From: Nitrospirota bacterium
GTDB taxonomy: Bacteria; Nitrospirota; Nitrospiria; JACQBZ01
Direction of reading: 5' to 3'
Assembly: GCA_016194285.1 (NCBI GenBank)
Contig: JACQBZ010000096.1
Coordinates: forward strand, 8,974 to 72,973
DNA length: 64,000 nucleotides
A program made the translations under genes and the position numbers. Shown here piece by piece: positions 17,281 through 30,114 of the stretch. Below the pieces are notes generated by a model that was given only the letters and a program-made list of their open reading frames with translations, did not search any database and was not told where the DNA came from. Within the stretch, counting starts at the first letter, position 1, and each line of letters starts with the position of its first letter.

Positions 17281-19107
17281 TCAGGCCCGCCTGTCCGGCA
17301 GGCAGGCTTCTCCCGCAACCCGGAGGTCTTTCACGCGCAGCTGAAGTTGCTCGCGACCCTGCCAGGTGTTTCGCTCCGGGGTAAAGACCAGGTCCAGCGG
17401 CGCGCCGGTTCGGAACAGGCCCATCCGATCGCCCATCCGAAACCCGATGGCGTCGAACAAAACAGCCGGCGAGGCACCGGACAACCCCGCCTGCCGCCCG
17501 CCTGCCGGACGGGCAGGGACGGGCAGGCCCTTCTGTTTCTTAACGGAGAATTTCAGGTGGTTGTTGCCGACGATCCGAGGGTCGACCGGAATCAGTTCCC
17601 GAAGGAGCAGCGTCGGCTCCGGATTGGCCGGCCCGAACGGGGCCAGGCTTTCCAGTTCCGTCACCAGCCTTGGGGTCAGGTCCTCCCACGCGACCGACGC
17701 GTCAATGAATTGCTTCGGTTGAAAATCGTCGGGCTCCAGCGATTCCCACACGATGGAGGACAAGCGTTCACGAAGCGCCGGGATCCGTTCCTCCCGAAGG
17801 GTCAACCCCGCGGCGGAATGGTGGCCGCCGAACCGGATGAGGAACTCCCGGCAGCGCCGCAATCCCTCGTACAAATGAAACCCGGCGATGCTCCGGGCCG
17901 AGCCCTTGGCCAGGCCGTTGGAATCGATCGCGAGAAGAACGGCCGGACGACAATACCGTTCCACCAACCGGGCCGCCACGATTCCGACCACGCCCAGATG
18001 CCACTGACGCGAGGCGAGAACGATGCAACCGTCTTTTTGAAAATCAACCTCCGACTCCACGCGGGCACAGGCCTCCTCCAGAATCTTTTCCTCGATCTCC
18101 TGCCGCTGCCGGTTTTGAAGATTCAGGGACTGAGCGATCCGACGGGCTTCCTCCAAGGACGGCGTGGTCAGGAGACGCACCGCTTCCCCCGCGTCCGTCA
18201 GTCGGCCGGAGGCATTGATCCGCGGGGCCAGGGTGAATCCGACCGTGCCGGCCTTGACCGCGGCCTCGGGGAGCCCGGCCGCTTCTTTCAACGCCCGAAT
18301 ACCGGGCCTCCGGGCTTCCGTCAGTTGTTTTAAGCCTTCTTTGACCAGGAACCGGTTCTCGCCCGTCAGAGGAGAAACATCCGCAATGGTTCCCAGGGCG
18401 ACCAGATCCAGTCCATCGGCCGGAACGGTTCCCGTCAAGGCCTGGATCACTTTGAACGTCAGCCCGGCCGTGCAGAGGCCCTTTTCGGGATACCCGGCAT
18501 CATCCCGCTTCGGATTGAGAAGCGCCGTGGCGGGCGGAAGCTCGTCCGGCACTTCGTGGTGGTCCGTCACAATCACGTCCATTCCCAAGGCGCGGGCAAG
18601 ACGGATCTCCTCGACCGAGGTGGTGCCGCAATCGGCCGTAATCAACAGCGCCGTCCCCCGCGCATGGAGGGCGCGGATCGCCGCCTCGTTTAAACCGTAT
18701 CCTTCCCGAAAGCGATGGGGGATGTAGAAATCGGCGTCCAGACCTTGACGTTTGAAGTAATCGAGGTAGAGGGTGGTGGCCGTCACGCCGTCCACGTCAT
18801 AGTCTCCGTAGATCACGACGCGTTCCGACCGTTGCACGGCCGCGCGGATCCGCGAAACCGCCCGATCCATTTCGTTCAACCGCAACGGATCCAACAGGTC
18901 CGAAACCGACGGGTCGAGAAACGATCGCGCCGCATCCGGCGTGCAGATGCCCCGGTTGATCAAGACGGAGGCCGTGGCGGGTTGAAGCCCAAGTTCCCGC
19001 ATCAGCTTTGGATGCGCTTCTCCGTCGCAAGGCCGTTGAACCCACTGTTTGGAATACACCGTCGCCATATCGTCACTATCATATGGCCAATGACCCCGGT
19101 TTGTCAA
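17281..19107 (-). CDS. recJ: Single-stranded-DNA-specific exonuclease RecJ
   Basis: The 608-aa ORF has DHH motifs (YGDYDVDGVT, VTDHHE) and a DHHA1 region (GGHSAAAG). Confidence 0.95.
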   Translation of the reverse strand: MTNRGHWPYDSDDMATVYSKQWVQRPCDGEAHPKLMRELGLQPATASVLINRGICTPDAARSFLDPSVSDLLDPLRLNEMDRAVSRIRAAVQRSERVVIYGDYDVDGVTATTLYLDYFKRQGLDADFYIPHRFREGYGLNEAAIRALHARGTALLITADCGTTSVEEIRLARALGMDVIVTDHHEVPDELPPATALLNPKRDDAGYPEKGLCTAGLTFKVIQALTGTVPADGLDLVALGTIADVSPLTGENRFLVKEGLKQLTEARRPGIRALKEAAGLPEAAVKAGTVGFTLAPRINASGRLTDAGEAVRLLTTPSLEEARRIAQSLNLQNRQRQEIEEKILEEACARVESEVDFQKDGCIVLASRQWHLGVVGIVAARLVERYCRPAVLLAIDSNGLAKGSARSIAGFHLYEGLRRCREFLIRFGGHHSAAGLTLREERIPALRERLSSIVWESLEPDDFQPKQFIDASVAWEDLTPRLVTELESLAPFGPANPEPTLLLRELIPVDPRIVGNNHLKFSVKKQKGLPVPARPAGGRQAGLSGASPAVLFDAIGFRMGDRMGLFRTGAPLDLVFTPERNTWQGREQLQLRVKDLRVAGEACLPDRRA

Positions 19108-19262
19108 ACCGCCCGACGCCTCGGGACAGCCGAGAAAAATACCGGTTTTGGAATGAAATCGGCGAGAAAAAATATTGACCAGCGAGCAACGCGAGCGAGA
19201 GGGGGAGGCTCCATTCCGCCTTAGGCGGATGGAGGGGGTGACGCAAACCCCTATAGTTGGTC

Positions 19263-20882
19263 TCAGGGCTGAAGTTTCCGGAGTTCTTCCTTCGCCGTCT
19301 TGTTTTCCGGATCCCAGATCAAGGCTTCTTCAAACTGACGCTGGGCCCGTTGGATCATTCCGCTTTTCTTATAGAGCAACCCCAGCCCGAGATAGTGATC
19401 GACACCGGACGGATCGAGTTCGATCGCCATCTTGTAATGCGTTTCGGCATCGCGCTGCCGACCCTGGACCTGGGTTAAGGTTTTGGCCAACAGCAGATGA
19501 TAGCTGGCCTGAGTGGGCGCGGCCTTGACCACGGTTTCAAAATAATAAGCCGCGGTTTTGAAATCGCCTTTCCGGAACGCCTGCTGTCCGGTCTGCACTT
19601 GTAGTTCCAGCGATGGACCGGCGGCCCCCTCATCCCGGCCCTTGACTTTCTTCATGGCCAATTTCGTATCGTAATCTTGGCGTTTTCGCTCCATCAGCAG
19701 TGTATCGTACGCCTCCGTGATGCCGCGGAAGAGCGCCTCAAGTTGGGGGGTGAGTTCCTCCAAGCCAGCCTGGAAATGCCGGTCGGGATGGTATTCCTTG
19801 GCCAGATGAAAATAGGCCCGCTTGATCTGATCCCGCGTCGCTGTTTTTTCCAGGCCCAACACTTCATAAAAATCCTGGTGCTGCAGGGACTCATAGGCCT
19901 GTCGGATCTTCTGTTTGGTGTTCTGAGATTCCTGGGCGTCCTTATGAATCTGTTCGGGCCTGAAAATCTGTTCGCGACCTTCAACGACCGCTTCCTGTTG
20001 CTCCTGTTTGACTTCTTTCAAGAGTTGCTCTTCGAGCACCGGTCCCGGTTTTGCGGTCTCATGGAGTCCGGAGGATGAGGAAGAGGGAGTCTCGGTCAGA
20101 GGTCCTCGCGCGGGCTCCGGGGCTGTCCGGGCCGCCTGAACGGAGGGTTGCTCCGCCGGATGGATGGCGACGAATTCAGCCAGTCCGATCGAAAGAAGGA
20201 AAGAGAGCAGCTTCAGGGTTTCAAACGCGGGAAGTTCGGACGCGGCGAAGATCTCGTAAATCGTATTTTTCCCATCAATCTGCACCAACAGCTTCCGCTC
20301 ATTTTCCTTTAGATCGATGTCCTGAAACAGAACCAGCGGATCCGTCGTGATCTGTAAGATTGTGGTCATGGGCGGGAGCTCGTTCCGGAGACGGATGAAG
20401 TCATTGATCCGGCGGATGCCGTCCAGGATAAGGTTCCCCGTGCTCATTTTAAGGGTAATGATCTCCTGGGTCGGCAGCGGGCCCTCTTCAAACTGATACT
20501 CCCCGTCCAGCCAGGTGAAAAGGCTCAGGATGATATCTTTCACCTGAGAGGTGACCGCCGTGAAGAGATCCTTGGCGGTGAGCACGCCCTGTTCAACCAG
20601 AACCGTCCCGAACCGCTTTCGGGTTTTGCCCGTAACTTCGGAAGCGACCTCGTACTGGTTTAAAGTGATCCGGCCGGCTTTGAGGAGCACCTCTCCCAGC
20701 CAGTCGTCCCGGTATTTGGACGTCGCGAAAATGATGTCGCCGTCTTTGATGAAAAGCGATTTGTGTTGATCGTTCCGACCGACGAGAAGTACGCCGGTTT
20801 TCTTGTGCCGTTGTAGATGGGTCAGAATCTTGGGCAGCCGTTGATCCCGAAGTCTCCCCGATACAGGCAGATCACCGTCCAT
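19263..20882 (-). CDS. DUF4388 / J-domain / TPR protein
   Basis: The N-terminus is DUF4388-like (LPKILTHLQRHKKTGVLLV). A J-domain (DFYEVLGLEKTATRDQIKRAYFHLAKEYHPDR) and C-terminal TPR repeats follow. Confidence 0.8.
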   Translation of the reverse strand: MDGDLPVSGRLRDQRLPKILTHLQRHKKTGVLLVGRNDQHKSLFIKDGDIIFATSKYRDDWLGEVLLKAGRITLNQYEVASEVTGKTRKRFGTVLVEQGVLTAKDLFTAVTSQVKDIILSLFTWLDGEYQFEEGPLPTQEIITLKMSTGNLILDGIRRINDFIRLRNELPPMTTILQITTDPLVLFQDIDLKENERKLLVQIDGKNTIYEIFAASELPAFETLKLLSFLLSIGLAEFVAIHPAEQPSVQAARTAPEPARGPLTETPSSSSSGLHETAKPGPVLEEQLLKEVKQEQQEAVVEGREQIFRPEQIHKDAQESQNTKQKIRQAYESLQHQDFYEVLGLEKTATRDQIKRAYFHLAKEYHPDRHFQAGLEELTPQLEALFRGITEAYDTLLMERKRQDYDTKLAMKKVKGRDEGAAGPSLELQVQTGQQAFRKGDFKTAAYYFETVVKAAPTQASYHLLLAKTLTQVQGRQRDAETHYKMAIELDPSGVDHYLGLGLLYKKSGMIQRAQRQFEEALIWDPENKTAKEELRKLQP

Positions 20883-20894
20883 GATTGGGCTCCA

Positions 20895-21812
20895 TCAAGC
20901 GCGTTTGAGCAGTCTGCCCCCACTCCCTTTCCAGACCACCAAGATCGAACTGGCCACAAAAATAGAGGAGTAGTTACCGACAATGACCCCCACCAAAAGC
21001 GCGAAGGAAAAATCGTGGATGACCTCCCCGCCGAAGAAGAACAGCGCGACCAGCACCAGGACGACGGTCAACGACACCACGATGGTCCGGCTGAGCACCT
21101 GATTGATCCCGCCGTTGATCACCTGCTCCAACGACTCCCGCCGACGAAACTTCAGGTTTTCACGGATCCGGTCAAAAACCACGACCTTGTCGGTCAGGGA
21201 GTAACCGGCCAGCGTCAGCAGGGCCGTCACGATGAGAAGGGTGATTTCCTTGTTGACGAGATAGAGCACGCCCAGGACGGTCAGGACGTCGTGAAACGTC
21301 GCGATCGCGGCTGCGATCCCGAACCGGAATTCAAATCGGACCGCGATATAAAGGATGATGCCGATCATCGAGAAGACGATGGCGATGACGGCCTTTTTCT
21401 GAAGTTCCTGTCCGATCGTGGGACCGATGGCGGTGCTGCTGTCCACCACGAACTTATTCGACGAGAACTCTTTCTCGAAAACCTGGACGATCCGATTGGC
21501 CGCATCCTCCTGAATCGTGTTCTGTTGCTTCACGCGGACCAGGAGCCTATTCCCGTTCGTGAACTCCTGAAGCTCGGCGTCCGGAAAACCGCTGGCCGAC
21601 AGAACCCGGCGGGCGTCGTCGATTTTGATCGGCTGCTCGAATTTGAGCTGGACCGCGGTGCCCCCCGCAAAGTCGATGCCGAGATTCGCCTGACCCCGAC
21701 CGATCTGAACGAGGGTCACCAGCCCGAGGGATACGAGGAGGCCGGAAAAGATAAAGGCATAATTGCGTTTGCCGATGAAATCAATATTCGTTTTTCCCAA
21801 GATTTCGAACAT
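20895..21812 (-). CDS. secF: Protein translocase subunit SecF
   Basis: The sequence is SecF-like. I chose the start MFEILGKTNIDF at 21812, preceded by the SD AGGAGCG. The ORF track extends the ORF to 21878. Confidence 0.92.
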   Translation of the reverse strand: MFEILGKTNIDFIGKRNYAFIFSGLLVSLGLVTLVQIGRGQANLGIDFAGGTAVQLKFEQPIKIDDARRVLSASGFPDAELQEFTNGNRLLVRVKQQNTIQEDAANRIVQVFEKEFSSNKFVVDSSTAIGPTIGQELQKKAVIAIVFSMIGIILYIAVRFEFRFGIAAAIATFHDVLTVLGVLYLVNKEITLLIVTALLTLAGYSLTDKVVVFDRIRENLKFRRRESLEQVINGGINQVLSRTIVVSLTVVLVLVALFFFGGEVIHDFSFALLVGVIVGNYSSIFVASSILVVWKGSGGRLLKRA

Positions 21813-21918
21813 GAACGCTCCTATTATATGTGGGGGCCGCTGCGGCAGACAAGAAACAAGGTCCTCACATGCCCCCACACCCCGCGCTCGGACAGGCGGA
21901 GCCTGATCCTCGCTTATA

Positions 21919-23568
21919 TTAAATGCTCAGCCGTTGCAACTTCCAGCGGCTGTTGATAAAGTCAAAGACCACTTTGGTCCCCACCAGCGCAGTGAACAGA
22001 TTGATCGCAATTCCCAGGCTGAGGCTGACGGCGAATCCTTTGATCGGACCGGTGCCGAACAGGAAGAGCACCGTCGCCGTAATCAGGGTCGTGACATGGG
22101 AGTCGACAATCGTGAGGAACGCCTTGTCGTAGCCGCCGTCCACGGCCAGGCGGACCGGTTTGCCCTGCCGAAGTTCTTCGCGGATCCGCTCAAAGATCAG
22201 GACATTCGAATCCACGCCCATTCCGATCGTCAGGATAATGCCAGCAATGCCCGGAAGAGTCAAGGTGGCATTGAGCGCCGCCAAGGCGCCGATCAAAACG
22301 ATCAGGTTCAAGATCAGGGCCATATCGGCAACAATGCCAGCCAGGCGATAATAAACCATCATAAATAAGATGACCATGCCGCCGGCCAGGACCGTGGCTT
22401 CGATTCCCTTCCGGATCGAATCCTGGCCCAGCGACGGGCCCACCGTGAGGTCTTCAAGCGTGCGGACGGGGGCCAGAAGCGCCCCGGCCCTTAAGACAAT
22501 GGCCAGGTCATTCGCCTCCTGGGTGGTGAAGCTGCCGGTGATCTGCGCGTTTCCGCCGGCGATTCGATCCTGAATAGCCGGCGCCGAATAGACATTGTTG
22601 TCCAGGATGATGGCCAGACGTTTCTTCACGTTCTCGGCCGTGATCCGCTCAAACAACTGGGCGCCGATGCCGTTCATGCTGATCGAGACGTACGACTCGT
22701 TGAACTGCCCGATGCTCACGCGGGCGTCGGTCAGTACGTCCCCGGTCATCAGCGTTCGCTTCTTGATCAGATAGGGGCGCTTTCGGACCTCGCCGGATTG
22801 TTTATCGACTCTCCGTTCGAACATGATCTCATCGCCTTCCGGAACCTTGCTTCCGTATTCGGCCATAAAGGTCTCTTCATTCTGCGGGGTGATGGAGAGC
22901 GGGAGGCTGCGGGCAAGCGGACTGTCTTCATCCAAAAGCTTGAACTCCAAAAGCGCCGTCTTCCCGATCAGCTCCTTGGCCCGCTTGGAGTCCTTCACCC
23001 CCGGAAGCTGGATAACGATCTGCTTGGGGCCCTGTCGCTGGATCAACGGTTCGGCCACCCCGAACTGATCGATCCGGTTGCGAATCGTCTCGAGCGCCTG
23101 GGTGGTCGCGGTGTCCTTGATCCGCATCACCTCGCCCTCCCGAAGGGAATAAACCAGATCGTTTCCCGGGGTCTCCTTTGAAATGAAGTTCGGGAAGTTG
23201 GCCTCGATCTTTTTCGCGACGTCGGCCTTTTTGTCCGGCCCGGGCAGGGTCACGGTCAACTCCGAAGGCCCCGTTCGCTTCACCGATTCCACCGGAAGTT
23301 TCTCCGCGTCGAGAAGGTCTTTGATCGAGGTGGCCGTCCGTTCCACCAGGTTCTCGACCGCCTTGTCCTCTTCCACCTCCAGCACCATGTGAATTCCCCC
23401 CTGAAGGTCGAGACCCAGCGTCACCCCGCGGCTGGGCAGATATTTTTTCCACCAGTCCGGCATCTTTTGAAAAACCGGGGTGGACGGCAAGAAGTAAATG
23501 ATCGAAATCAACACGGTCAAGCTCAACAGCAGCAGTCGTCCTCGAATTCCTCGTTTCACGTCGGGCAT
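21919..23568 (-). CDS. secD: Protein translocase subunit SecD
   Basis: The sequence is SecD-like. I chose the start MPDVKRG at 23568, preceded by the SD AAGGAGAGG. The ORF track extension to 23751 would overlap yajC. Confidence 0.92.
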   Translation of the reverse strand: MPDVKRGIRGRLLLLSLTVLISIIYFLPSTPVFQKMPDWWKKYLPSRGVTLGLDLQGGIHMVLEVEEDKAVENLVERTATSIKDLLDAEKLPVESVKRTGPSELTVTLPGPDKKADVAKKIEANFPNFISKETPGNDLVYSLREGEVMRIKDTATTQALETIRNRIDQFGVAEPLIQRQGPKQIVIQLPGVKDSKRAKELIGKTALLEFKLLDEDSPLARSLPLSITPQNEETFMAEYGSKVPEGDEIMFERRVDKQSGEVRKRPYLIKKRTLMTGDVLTDARVSIGQFNESYVSISMNGIGAQLFERITAENVKKRLAIILDNNVYSAPAIQDRIAGGNAQITGSFTTQEANDLAIVLRAGALLAPVRTLEDLTVGPSLGQDSIRKGIEATVLAGGMVILFMMVYYRLAGIVADMALILNLIVLIGALAALNATLTLPGIAGIILTIGMGVDSNVLIFERIREELRQGKPVRLAVDGGYDKAFLTIVDSHVTTLITATVLFLFGTGPIKGFAVSLSLGIAINLFTALVGTKVVFDFINSRWKLQRLSI

Positions 23569-23656
23569 CCTCTCCTTGTAATTTGTTTCAGACTGACACG
23601 GCCTAAGATGACTCCGTCTCCCGATCTCCGTTTTTCCCCGCGCCGGAGGATCGGGG

Positions 23657-24007
23657 TCAGGAACCCTCTTCCGGCTCCTCCTGAAGTTCCGCGACATACT
23701 CCCGTCGGACTTTGACCCGGACGTTGTCCGCGACCTGGATCGTGACCACATCCTTGTTCAGGGCCGCCACGGTGCCCAACAGGCCGCCAGTGGTCAGCAC
23801 CCGGTCACCCTTCTTCAGCGCCTCCAGCAGGGTCCGGTGTTTCTTCTGTTTTCGTTGTTGAGGAAGGATCAAAAGAAAATAGAATACGACGAAAATCAGG
23901 ACAAACGGCAAAAAAGAGACCACCATCCCTCCGGGTCCCGCCGACGGAGCCGCCGCGGGGGCTCCTCCCGCATCCTGAGCCCAGACGATCGTTGAGAAGA
24001 ATTCCAT
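23657..24007 (-). CDS. yajC: Preprotein translocase subunit YajC
   Basis: The 116-aa ORF has a single TM helix and then the LKKGDRVLTTGGLLGTV motif. Confidence 0.9.
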   Translation of the reverse strand: MEFFSTIVWAQDAGGAPAAAPSAGPGGMVVSFLPFVLIFVVFYFLLILPQQRKQKKHRTLLEALKKGDRVLTTGGLLGTVAALNKDVVTIQVADNVRVKVRREYVAELQEEPEEGS

Positions 24008-24045
24008 TCGCTCATCCTCCTTTTAATCCGATTATTTCGATTCTC

Positions 24046-24108
24046 ACAGCGCGGAGTTTATCCGCCAAAGGCGGATTTACCTCCGCGCGGAGACAAGCTC
24101 CGCGCTGT
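24046..24108 (-). other. Structured intergenic element (nested or alternative hairpins) between tgt and yajC
   Basis: The outer stem is 11 bp perfect: ACAGCGCGGAG (24046-24056) with CTCCGCGCTGT (24098-24108). The inner hairpin is ATCCGCC-AAA-GGCGGAT (24060-24076). An inner palindrome CTCCGCGCGGAG lies at 24081-24092. Confidence 0.4.
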
Positions 24109-24150
24109 ATATTTTTCGATCATACGTCACCGTAATTATGAATCAGCGCA

Positions 24151-26959
<2,809 letters not shown>

Positions 26960-26980
26960 CGAATTTCAATCTCTCTGGGT

Positions 26981-28219
26981 TCAATATCCCGGAACGGCCT
27001 GTCCTAAAAAGCTTTTATCCAGCAGTTGCACCTTCACGACCTGTCCTTTCTCTATTTCACTCAAATCCGACGGAAAAATCAAAAGGCCGTGGGCTTTGAC
27101 CATGGAGGTCAGGACTCCGGAACTCTGGTTGCCCGTTGTCCAGACTTCGTGCCGATCTCCCGCCTTTTTCACCACCGCCCTTACGAAATGCGTTTTCCCG
27201 GGCTTCTTCGTGATCCGTTCCATCAGGACCGCCTCGATGATCGGGCGGAAAAGCAACGTATGTCCTTGCATCTTTCGAAGCGCCGGCCGCACAAATTGTT
27301 CAAAGGTCACCATCGTCGAAACGGGATTTCCGGGGAGCCCGAAGACGGGTTTCGCCTGAAGGCTGCCGAAGGCCAGCGGCTCACCCGGTTTCATCGCGAC
27401 CTTCCAGAAGTCCATCCGGATTCCCAACCGGTCGAGGACCTCCTTCACAAAATCATACATCCCCACCGAAACACCCCCCGAAATCAGGATCAAATCCGAC
27501 GTCAGTCCCTGCGTCAGGCGGCTGAGAAGATCCTCGCGGGTATCCTTCGCAATCCCGAGGATCACCGGAACACCCCCCGCTTCAAGGACTTGAGCCGCCA
27601 ATGCATACCCGTTGCTGTTCATAATCTTGTTCGGGGTCAACGCCTCATCGAAATCGGCCAGCTCATTGCCCGTCGCAAGAATCGCAACGCGCGGGCGCTG
27701 GTAAACAAGGACATGAGACCGGCCAAGAGAGGCCAGCAGTCCCACCTCCGCCGGACCCATCACGCTGTTTTGGGCCAGCATAACATGACCGGCCTGAATA
27801 TCCTCACCGCGAAGGCGAACGTTTTCACCCGGCTCGGCGGGACAAGCAATCTGAACGGAACCCCCTTCCGCGCGGGTGTCCTCGACACGGATCACGGCGT
27901 CCGCTCCTTCCGGCACGGGCGCCCCGGTCATGATCCGGCTGGCCTGTCCACGTCCGACGATCTTGGTCGGAAGAACACCCGCCGCGACCTCTTCGATCAC
28001 CTCGAGCGGGACAGGCTTTTTTTCGGAGGCTTCCAGAACGTCAACATGCCTTACCGCATACCCGTCCATTGCGGAACTATTCCACGGCGGATGATCGCGC
28101 CTCGAGAGCACCGGCTCGGCCAGCACGCGGCCTAATGAATGGAGGAGGTCCAGTTTCTCGGTCCCCATCCGCTGAATCTGATCGAGTATCAACGACCGCG
28201 CTTTTTCAACCGGAATCAT
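26981..28219 (-). CDS. moeA: Molybdopterin molybdenumtransferase MoeA
   Basis: The 412-aa ORF has MoeA-like sequence (SAMDGYAV, ISGGVSVG, GLPGNPVS). Confidence 0.92.
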   Translation of the reverse strand: MIPVEKARSLILDQIQRMGTEKLDLLHSLGRVLAEPVLSRRDHPPWNSSAMDGYAVRHVDVLEASEKKPVPLEVIEEVAAGVLPTKIVGRGQASRIMTGAPVPEGADAVIRVEDTRAEGGSVQIACPAEPGENVRLRGEDIQAGHVMLAQNSVMGPAEVGLLASLGRSHVLVYQRPRVAILATGNELADFDEALTPNKIMNSNGYALAAQVLEAGGVPVILGIAKDTREDLLSRLTQGLTSDLILISGGVSVGMYDFVKEVLDRLGIRMDFWKVAMKPGEPLAFGSLQAKPVFGLPGNPVSTMVTFEQFVRPALRKMQGHTLLFRPIIEAVLMERITKKPGKTHFVRAVVKKAGDRHEVWTTGNQSSGVLTSMVKAHGLLIFPSDLSEIEKGQVVKVQLLDKSFLGQAVPGY

Positions 28220-28320
28220 CTCCGATCAACCCCATTAAAAAATCGTATTATATCGTATAGGCACCGACCTGTAAAGACAGGCGCCGACTCTTTAAATATT
28301 TCGAAAGCAACCAAAATACA

Positions 28321-28348
28321 AAAGGGGGTGACGCGTGTCACCCCCTTT
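28321..28348 (-). terminator. Rho-independent terminator ending the cytochrome operon
   Basis: A 12-bp perfect stem (AAAGGGGGTGAC/GTCACCCCCTTT) has a 4-nt loop. It is followed on the minus strand by a T-rich run (TTTTGTATTTT), 24 nt after the stop at 28372. Confidence 0.6.
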
Positions 28349-28371
28349 GCATGAAAAATGGACAATAGCTT

Positions 28372-30090
28372 TTATTTGCGCTGCGGTTTGGCTGCGCTGG
28401 CCCTTCGGATGATCCAGCCCTCGATCCCAAAAACCACGATCACGGCGATAAAGGGATAGATATAGGCAGTCGTCGGAACCGGCGGCTCAAGGATCGTGTA
28501 GTACCAGGTTGAGATGGATGTTTTCAACCCATGGTCGCCGTTGTTTCCGTCCCAGACAAAAAATACGGTCGGGATGTATTTGCCTTTTTCAAACTGGACT
28601 CCGTTTTCCTTGTCATCCGTCGTCAAGGCCCTCGTCAGAATCACGCGCCACCGGCCGTCTTTATACTCGGAAAAAACAGCCTTGACGTTCTGGCTCGGAC
28701 GAGCTTCGAGTTTCAAATCGCCTCCCATGGCGCCGTGTCCGGTGTACTCCTTCACCGTCCCGTCGGCTTCCCATTTCCAGAGATCAACGGCGTTTTTCGC
28801 ATCCCCGAACACAAATCGCGGCTTTTCCGGAGGCGTCAAGGTTTGCCACTTGCCGGGGAACTCGATGGCCACGGCATCGTTAAACATCGGGTATTCCCTC
28901 AACGCAATCGGTTCTCCGCTTGGCGGGGTTTCCTTGAAACTGGCCTCCTGCGCCAGGGTCTGGGGCGTGGCCACGCTTTTGATCCGATCGTCCCATTCCA
29001 GATACCAACCGATTTCCTTGTCATTAAAAATGGACTTTACCCAAACATCATCAACCAAGCGCACAAAATTCCGCGGCTTGTGGATGATCTGTCCGGCCAA
29101 TCCAATATATTGATTCGGAATTTTCTGCCAGATCGGATCATCCGGATTATTCGGAATGTTCCCTTGGATATTGTGGGCCCTGACCACCACCTGAATGGCG
29201 GGATGAATCGTCTGGGGATCGATCTTTTGCTTCGTGCAGAGTGAGATCACAAAATTCGCAACATCCCAACGCTGCTCCGGGGTCAGGGTTTCGGCAAACG
29301 AAGGCATCGGCGTGCCGTTCAGCCCGGTCGAAACTTCTCGGAAAACATTCCGAGGATTATAAGCATCTTCACGGTTCCCGCGGAAGTTCCAGCACTTGTG
29401 CAGATCGGCCGGAAAGATCGGGAAACCCCATTCGTCCTTCTGGGTTTTGTTTCCGTCGCCGCGTCCCTCATCGCCGTGACATTCCACGCACTTTCCCTTA
29501 TTCATAAAGACATCTTTTCCTCTTTTGATGCTTTCATCCGAGGTGGAGACTTGCTTGCCGTAGTCAATGACATGATACTCTTCATTTTCGGTGTCCTGAA
29601 AGTTCCGGTCTTTTACAAGATCGGCCATGACGAACGCGACCACTTGGTGCCGCTGTTGATCGGTCAGGATCCCATCCCACGGCGGCATCGCGGAGCCCGG
29701 CAATCCATGGGTCACGGTCAAAAAGAGATCATTCTCGGTCGGAAGCTCCCCGCTTCCGGTATGCCGAATCTTAAACGTCCCCGCGTTAAAATTCCGGGGC
29801 CTCGGCCAGAGGCGATCGGCCGAGGGTCCGTCCCCCGCGCCCTCGGGGCCGTGGCACCAAACGCATTTCCTAAAATAGATCTGCTTTCCGGCATCGATGT
29901 CGGCCGGAGAAGGCTTGGCCGGTCGGCCGGCGTTTGCAACCGCAGCCGGTTTTTCCTCTTTTTTGGTTTCGGCCATGGTCAGGACCACGCTTCCGGCTGC
30001 AACGACTGCTACCGTGACAACCCCCATCACGACCGCTTTCTTATAGCTCAAAAGAGATAAAATCCTGTTCATCGCTCGTGCCCCTTTCAC
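28372..30090 (-). CDS. Membrane-anchored dihaem cytochrome c fused to an EB_dh/DOMON-like (haem-b type) C-terminal domain
   Basis: The 572-aa ORF has an N-terminal TM helix and two CxxCH motifs (CVWCH, CVECH) in CcoP-like repeats. The C-terminal ~300 aa resemble the ethylbenzene-dehydrogenase gamma-type domain (IHKPRNFVRL...AVAIEFP...DLWKWEADG). Confidence 0.8.
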   Translation of the reverse strand: MKGARAMNRILSLLSYKKAVVMGVVTVAVVAAGSVVLTMAETKKEEKPAAVANAGRPAKPSPADIDAGKQIYFRKCVWCHGPEGAGDGPSADRLWPRPRNFNAGTFKIRHTGSGELPTENDLFLTVTHGLPGSAMPPWDGILTDQQRHQVVAFVMADLVKDRNFQDTENEEYHVIDYGKQVSTSDESIKRGKDVFMNKGKCVECHGDEGRGDGNKTQKDEWGFPIFPADLHKCWNFRGNREDAYNPRNVFREVSTGLNGTPMPSFAETLTPEQRWDVANFVISLCTKQKIDPQTIHPAIQVVVRAHNIQGNIPNNPDDPIWQKIPNQYIGLAGQIIHKPRNFVRLVDDVWVKSIFNDKEIGWYLEWDDRIKSVATPQTLAQEASFKETPPSGEPIALREYPMFNDAVAIEFPGKWQTLTPPEKPRFVFGDAKNAVDLWKWEADGTVKEYTGHGAMGGDLKLEARPSQNVKAVFSEYKDGRWRVILTRALTTDDKENGVQFEKGKYIPTVFFVWDGNNGDHGLKTSISTWYYTILEPPVPTTAYIYPFIAVIVVFGIEGWIIRRASAAKPQRK

Positions 30091-30114
30091 GTCAACGGAT
30101 GATTAATCCTAGGT

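Noticed and set aside
28220-28320. Possible Moco riboswitch upstream of moeA
   Set aside because: Only about 100 nt are available between the upstream terminator and the ATG, and I could not find the conserved Moco-motif elements. A plain TTACAG-N16-TATAAT promoter is more likely.
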